Source: an archaeon (GTDB taxonomy: Archaea; Undinarchaeota; CAZHTU01; JBDRCC01). From it: a stretch of DNA of 38,334 bases. Each line of letters opens with the position of its first letter. Positions within the stretch are counted from its first letter, which is position 1. The translations under genes were made by a program, and so were the position numbers. The stretch lies in contig JBDRCC010000016.1 of assembly GCA_043822065.1 (NCBI GenBank), positions 1 through 38,334 of the forward strand, in the 5' to 3' direction. The notes under the pieces are model-generated. The model saw only the letters and a list, made by a program, of their open reading frames with translations. It had not been told where the DNA came from and ran no database searches. This document shows positions 33,719 through 38,334 of this stretch, piece after piece.

Positions 33719-34835
33719 TTTCTTCAATGACCTCTAAATACAACTTTTCAGTCCTTTTCGCAGCCTCTTCCCACGCGAACTTCTTGGCGGTTTTCTTTCC
33801 GTTGGCGCTAAGCATGCCCCACCTCTTCTTGTCAAGGACCTTAAGCATGCCTTGCGCGAGCGCCTCATGCCTGCCGCGGACAAGGATGCAGTTCTTTCCG
33901 CTTTCCGCAAACGCGCCATAAGCGCCAAGGTCGTATGCCACGACCGGGGTGCCTGCGCACATCGCCTCAAGCAGAGCGAGGCCGAACCCTTCCTGCCTGG
34001 ACGGGTTTATCAAAGCAGCCGCGCTTGCAATCTCCTTAACGAGCGCATTCGGTTCCATGAATCCCCTGAACTCTACCGAGTCGGACAGCCCCATGTCCCT
34101 TGCCATGCAGAGAAACTGTTTGTCGTCTTTTCCGCTCCCGGCTATGACCAGCCGAGTATCTGGCTTTTTTCCGTGGACTATCTTGAACGCCCTAAGAAGG
34201 TCTGCAATGTTTTTTTGCTCAACCACCCTGCCAACGTAAATAAATTTGCCCTCTTCACGCGTTGCCTTCATACCAGAAAACCGCTTGATGTCCACTCCGT
34301 TGTATATCACTCTTATCTTGCTTTCCGGGACTCTACTTTCAATAAGCAGCCGTTTGGTAGCGTCGCTGACGGTTATCACTCTGTCGAAGTCCAGCTTAAG
34401 CAGGGTGTTTTCGATGAACTTCCCGACCGGGCCGAGGAGGGGATGGGTGTACTCGCCCCACTTGTTTCCGTAAATGTCGTGTATCGTCAGCACTTTCGGC
34501 CTCTTCCTGTACTTCGCAATGTAAAATCCGCTCATCGCTGATACGTACGCGTTCCCGTCAAAAATGTCGAAGTCATATTTCCGCATCGCGCTGTTGAGCC
34601 GCATCATGTAGACAAGGAGGGGGAGATACTTTCTCCTGTTCAGCGGGTGCGGTATGCCAAGCCGGTGGACATGTATGCCATCGAGGACTTCTTCCTTCCG
34701 GGCTCCCTCAATCCTCATGGTGTACACGTGGACCTCGTGCTTCTTCGCCAGCCTTTTTAGAATTTCGTAGTACCGTCTCTCGCCGCCGCCTGCCAGGTAC
34801 GGCGGGAACAGCTCTGAGGCGACTGCTATCTTCAT
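33711..34835 (-). CDS. Glycosyltransferase family 4
   Basis: GGGERR, TIHD, NGVD, GRVVEQKN, PSRQEGFGLALLEAM (Ex7E). Confidence 0.93.
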   Translation of the reverse strand: MKIAVASELFPPYLAGGGERRYYEILKRLAKKHEVHVYTMRIEGARKEEVLDGIHVHRLGIPHPLNRRKYLPLLVYMMRLNSAMRKYDFDIFDGNAYVSAMSGFYIAKYRKRPKVLTIHDIYGNKWGEYTHPLLGPVGKFIENTLLKLDFDRVITVSDATKRLLIESRVPESKIRVIYNGVDIKRFSGMKATREEGKFIYVGRVVEQKNIADLLRAFKIVHGKKPDTRLVIAGSGKDDKQFLCMARDMGLSDSVEFRGFMEPNALVKEIASAAALINPSRQEGFGLALLEAMCAGTPVVAYDLGAYGAFAESGKNCILVRGRHEALAQGMLKVLDKKRWGMLSANGKKTAKKFAWEEAAKRTEKLYLEVIEENG

Positions 34836-34836
34836 T

Positions 34837-35178
34837 TCAGCGCTTGCCCTTCTCCTTTAGCTCTATCGCAATCTTCCTTACCAGCTCGGTCAGCTGCCGG
34901 TTCGTTTCCTGTATCCTCACGTAAACCTGGAATATAAGGCCGTAGCTGCCGAGGATTGCGATGACCAGAAGCGCATCGAGCGCCCTGCCGAATTTTGTAA
35001 TCTGCTCAATGAACGAGAACAGGTCGAATGCTGAAAACAGAAGGAGCATAACCGCCACCATGGACCAAATCGCCACATCCCTTTGGCTGAACCGCCCTCT
35101 TTTGTAGAGCGAATATACGTAATAGAATATGCCTGCCGACAGCAATATGCCGAAAGCCTGTATGAAGTTCAGTTCCAT
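34837..35178 (-). CDS. DUF2304-family small membrane protein (GT2-associated)
   Basis: 3 TMs, FGRALD, and C-terminal LTELVRKIAI. GGAGG spacing favours ATG 35178 over 35187. Confidence 0.82.
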   Translation of the reverse strand: MELNFIQAFGILLSAGIFYYVYSLYKRGRFSQRDVAIWSMVAVMLLLFSAFDLFSFIEQITKFGRALDALLVIAILGSYGLIFQVYVRIQETNRQLTELVRKIAIELKEKGKR

Positions 35179-35215
35179 GAAGACCATACCTCCCTTAAAG
35201 TCTTAAGCTTTGCGA

Positions 35216-35620
35216 CTATGAATACTCCTCCGGCGGCTTTTCAAGCCTCCATTCTATTGTCACGTCATCCTTAATCTTGTAGGCGCCTGCACCGACCGGC
35301 GCAAGCTCGCCGTCAACATAATACTGCCAGTAGTATCCCTGCGCGAAGTCCTGCTCTACGCCGTTTATTCCCTCGACAAAAACGCCAAACTGTTCGTGCT
35401 CGCTTGTCTTCAGGTCTGCGACCATCCCCGTCGCCTCAAGCGCCGTAGTTCCGCAGCCGACATTCACGCCTTCCGACGTCATAAACCCTCCGCCGGGGTT
35501 TATGTTTATTGTCACCGCATATTCATTCGGGCAAATTGCGGACCCATTCTGGTTCCACATGTATGCCGAACCCAGCAGAACGGCTGCTATTGCCAGACCG
35601 GCAAAAAGGCTCCTGTTCAT
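35216..35620 (-). CDS. DUF4430 (transcobalamin-like C-terminal domain) protein with an N-terminal membrane anchor
   Basis: TALEA, FGVFVEGINGV, YYWQYYVDG...VGAGAY.IKD...IEW. Start moved to ATG 35620 (ATGA overlap). Confidence 0.82.
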   Translation of the reverse strand: MNRSLFAGLAIAAVLLGSAYMWNQNGSAICPNEYAVTININPGGGFMTSEGVNVGCGTTALEATGMVADLKTSEHEQFGVFVEGINGVEQDFAQGYYWQYYVDGELAPVGAGAYKIKDDVTIEWRLEKPPEEYS

Positions 35621-36144
35621 TTTATCATCTCCCCAAGCTTCTCCTTCGCAGCAGGGATGCCGAGCGAGAAGCCAGCTGTGCTTATTATGTGCGTGATTGT
35701 AAATGGAAGGCCGGTTATTAAGCTGAGCGGAGAAAAGAACGTTATCGCATACCAGCTGTCGAGTATAACATGGAATAAAATCGTAGAGAGCACGCCTGCA
35801 AAAACCGCCTTTCGCTGGGTAAGATGCCCGCGTATCATCCCGCCTAGATAGCCGGCTATCCCCATGCCAAGCGCCTGGAGGTAGGTCCATGGCCCCCATC
35901 CCAGGTAAACAAGCGAAGCCGAGGCCAGAAGCGCATTCACGCCGAAGACAAATCCCGCAACCGGCCCCAGCAGGGCGCCAGCAAGGAGCACTATCGCAGT
36001 CATTGGCTCAACATTTGGAATCATCTGGAATGCGGCCCTGCCTCCGACCGCCGCGCCGAGTAGCGCGAAATAAAGCGCGGCCTTCTTTAGGTTCTGTTTC
36101 GCAGACTGGCCCTGGAGCTGGCTCTGCACCAGTTTTTGCCGCAT
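35617..36144 (-). CDS. cbrT: ECF transporter S-component, CbrT (cobalamin)-like
   Basis: GR..FQMIPNVEPMT, GWGPWTYLQ, GLPF...H..ST; about 6 TMs; adjacent to DUF4430. TAATG overlap at 36144. Confidence 0.75.
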   Translation of the reverse strand: MRQKLVQSQLQGQSAKQNLKKAALYFALLGAAVGGRAAFQMIPNVEPMTAIVLLAGALLGPVAGFVFGVNALLASASLVYLGWGPWTYLQALGMGIAGYLGGMIRGHLTQRKAVFAGVLSTILFHVILDSWYAITFFSPLSLITGLPFTITHIISTAGFSLGIPAAKEKLGEMIK

Positions 36145-36830
36145 TATCTTTTTAATCCCCATCTTTTCATCAGCAGCCCGAAAAATATCTGGAATCCCGA
36201 GCCGATGTTGGTCCCCTTTATCTTACTTCTCTCATCATATATAGCTTTTATGGGCACTTCAACCACTTTCAGCCTGTGCCTGCCAAGCTCATGCACAATC
36301 TCTGACGAAACCTCATACCTGTCGCAGAGTATCATGAGCCTCTTTGCAGCTTTCCTGTCAAAAGCCCTGAGCCCGCATTGAGAGTCAGTGATATTTGTCC
36401 CCGCAAGGACATTGGTAATCCAGGTCAGCGCCCAGTTCCCAAGCCGCTTAATGTGCGGCATCAGGAGAATGTGCCTCTTTACAAGGAACCGCGAGCCGAG
36501 GACGACGTCGGCAGTTCCGTCCTGGATGGGCTTTATGAGGCGGAATATGTCCTTCGGCTCATGCTGGAGGTCTGCGTCGAATGTAACAATAATATCTGCA
36601 CCTTCTCCAATGGCGCATTGAATCCCTGTGGCGAGAGCAGCGCCGAGCCCGCGGTTTACCACGTGCCTGCAGACAGTAGCCCCTATTTTCTTTGCTATCT
36701 GCGATGTCTTGTCCTTCGAGCCGTCGTCGACCACAATAATTTCAGCGCTTCTGACCTGCCGTTTCAGGTCATTGAGCACAGCCTCGAGTGAGGCCTCCTC
36801 ATTGTATGCAGGTATGACTATTGCAAGCAT
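36144..36830 (-). CDS. Dolichol-phosphate sugar synthase-like GT2
   Basis: IPAYNEE, VDDGSKDKT, NRGLGAALATG, TFDADLQH, GSRF, TDSQCGLRAF. Confidence 0.92.
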   Translation of the reverse strand: MLAIVIPAYNEEASLEAVLNDLKRQVRSAEIIVVDDGSKDKTSQIAKKIGATVCRHVVNRGLGAALATGIQCAIGEGADIIVTFDADLQHEPKDIFRLIKPIQDGTADVVLGSRFLVKRHILLMPHIKRLGNWALTWITNVLAGTNITDSQCGLRAFDRKAAKRLMILCDRYEVSSEIVHELGRHRLKVVEVPIKAIYDERSKIKGTNIGSGFQIFFGLLMKRWGLKR

Positions 36831-38158
36831 CCTTCAACCATCCCCACATACTTCCTGTTCTGCTGGCCGGCTTCCTTCAGCGTCTTGGCTTCCGTGAAAA
36901 TACGGATGAGCGGCTCCGTGCCGGACGGCCGTATTATCGTCCAGGAGTCCCTGCTTATTACCTTTAGCCCGTCTATGGTCACAATCTCCCCGTCAACGTT
37001 CTTCCTCACATACTCCATTATGCTCTTCCTTTTGTCCTCCGGGCAGTGCACCTTTGACTTGTGCTGGTGGTACTCCGGCAGCTCTGCATTCAGCTCCGAA
37101 AACGGCTTTCCCTCGCGGGCGAAATACTCGCACAGCTTTGCGCAGGTCATGGTCGCATCCCTGCCGAGCACGAAGTCCGGGAATATCAACCCGCCGTTCT
37201 CCTCCCCGCCGAGAACGCCGTTCCGATCCCGCAGCTCCTTCGAGACCACGAGGTCACCAACGCGGGTTTCTATATACCTCGCACCTTTTTCATCAACGAC
37301 GTCCTTCACGACGTGCGAGGTCGCCACGGTCGTTACGACCAGTTCGCCCCTCTTCAGGATGTCCTTGGCGACCATTGCAAACGTCCTGTCGCCCCAGATG
37401 AACTTTCCATTTTCGTCTATGAGTATGCACCTGTCCGCGTCCCCGTCAATTGCAAGCCCGAAATCGGCACCCTCCCGTTTCACTACCCTAAGCGTCTTTT
37501 CCAAATTCTTAGGTATCGGCTCAGGATCGCGCCCTGGGAATGTCCCGTCCGGCTCGCAGTTGAGCTCTACAACTTCGCAGCCTATCCGTTTAAGGACTTC
37601 TGGTGCGGTCAGGCATCCTGCCCCGTTTCCGCAGTCGAGGACTACTTTAGGTTTTCTCTTGGCTACGGCTTTCCTGTCGACCCTCTTCAGTATCTCCCCA
37701 ATATATATTGGGAGTATGTCCTTGTCCGCGACGGACTTGACGCCCTTCCAGCCTACCTGCAAAAATTTCTTCCCAAAAAAATTATCCTCCACTTTTGCCT
37801 CGGGCACAGGCTGCAGCCCAAGCCCGTCGGCCTCAAGGAGCTTTATCCCGTTGTACTTTGGCGGGTTGTGGGACGCCGTTATCGACGCACCGCCGTCCGC
37901 GCCGTAATGCTTGCAGGCAAACTGGATGGTTGGCGTCGGCGCGACGCCGACGTCTATGACGTCCGAGCCAGAGTTAAGATACCCTGCGATCATGGCATTC
38001 TTCAGCATAGGCCCGCTTGTCCGCGTGTCAGTCCCGACGACGACCTTTCCTCCGTGGAGGAAGCTGCCGTGCGCCTGCGCCATCGACATTGCGAAGTCAG
38101 CAGTAATCTTTTCGCCGACTACCCCCCTCACACCAAAAGTTCCGAATATCCTACCCAT
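36818..38158 (-). CDS. glmM: Phosphoglucosamine mutase / phosphomannomutase (alpha-D-phosphohexomutase)
   Basis: FGTFGVRG, TASHNP (phospho-Ser), DGDADR (metal loop), GEENGG, RPSGTEP..R. The family is certain; the substrate is not. Confidence 0.9.
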   Translation of the reverse strand: MGRIFGTFGVRGVVGEKITADFAMSMAQAHGSFLHGGKVVVGTDTRTSGPMLKNAMIAGYLNSGSDVIDVGVAPTPTIQFACKHYGADGGASITASHNPPKYNGIKLLEADGLGLQPVPEAKVEDNFFGKKFLQVGWKGVKSVADKDILPIYIGEILKRVDRKAVAKRKPKVVLDCGNGAGCLTAPEVLKRIGCEVVELNCEPDGTFPGRDPEPIPKNLEKTLRVVKREGADFGLAIDGDADRCILIDENGKFIWGDRTFAMVAKDILKRGELVVTTVATSHVVKDVVDEKGARYIETRVGDLVVSKELRDRNGVLGGEENGGLIFPDFVLGRDATMTCAKLCEYFAREGKPFSELNAELPEYHQHKSKVHCPEDKRKSIMEYVRKNVDGEIVTIDGLKVISRDSWTIIRPSGTEPLIRIFTEAKTLKEAGQQNRKYVGMVEGCLQ

Positions 38159-38334
38159 TTGCGATTTCCCTCTTTATGATTCTGAACGGGTCGTCCATTT
38201 TTGGCACTTTCCTTTTCTTGGTTTTTTTGATGGATATCCTGCCTGTTTTGTCAGCGTCAATCCTTTCCAGGAGGCCCTTCGACACAAGGTACTGGTCAAC
38301 CGCAAGCCTGTGCGGGAAGAAACTGATGCTCCGC
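38151..38334 (-). CDS. 3' fragment of a probable DUF354-family (GT-B-like) protein
   Basis: Manual translation: RSISFFPHRLAVDQYLVSKGLLERID...REIANG*. ISxxP..L.VD.YL..KG resembles the DUF354 C-terminus. The stop overlaps the start of the mutase gene. Confidence 0.55.
   Translation of the reverse strand, partial: RSISFFPHRLAVDQYLVSKGLLERIDADKTGRISIKKTKKRKVPKMDDPFRIIKREIANG

Noticed and set aside
35621-35899. 93-aa N-terminal extension of the DUF4430 ORF
   Set aside because: It is an alternative frame over the ECF S-component. The ATGA overlap and membrane anchor mark 35620 as the start.
36885-38179. Long + strand ORFs (340 aa and 372 aa)
   Set aside because: They are antisense shadows of the conserved phosphohexomutase, with no recognisable motifs.
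1-38334. CRISPR arrays, tRNA/rRNA, IS elements, riboswitches or long DNA repeats
   Set aside because: Intergenic gaps are all under about 90 bp and I saw no repeat-spacer periodicity or transposase/integrase motifs. The recurring similar stretches are just TGGAGFIG and VDDGSTD coding motifs of paralogs.

Overview
This window is a densely packed archaeal surface-glycosylation island of about 38 CDS. I saw no rRNA, tRNA, CRISPR array or mobile element. The archaeal assignment is an inference: BRE/TATA boxes sit about 22-26 nt upstream of apparently leaderless first genes, internal genes have GGAGG/GAGGTG sites or ATGA overlaps, and the gene families fit; a DPANN-like host is plausible but unproven. 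Nucleotide-sugar enzymes include a phosphohexomutase, an NTP-transferase fused to a UDP-uronate decarboxylase, a WecC/WbpO-type dehydrogenase, an RfbF-RfbG-RmlC-RmlD block, an RfbE-like epimerase, several other extended SDRs and a UGM-like flavoprotein. Transferases and transport comprise six GT2 (four Dol-P-sugar synthase type, one of them frameshifted), two GT4, five large GT-C-like membrane proteins and a UPF0104 flippase-like protein. Possible tailoring enzymes are two methyltransferases, a deacetylase, a radical SAM/SPASM protein and a GNAT-like protein. Most notable: (i) a roughly 60-aa Trm112-like Cys insert in the sugar dehydrogenase; (ii) the NTP-transferase/decarboxylase fusion next to it; (iii) a sharp codon/GC crossover inside that fusion gene; (iv) AglB-like proteins lacking WWDYG, plus a small membrane module found both free and fused; (v) a CDP-deoxysugar route with no DdhC/RfbH in the window; (vi) a cobalamin ECF S-component/DUF4430 pair wedged between a GT2 and its DUF2304 partner; (vii) a divergent orphan gene pair. 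All family calls come from motif recognition by eye, with no database searches.
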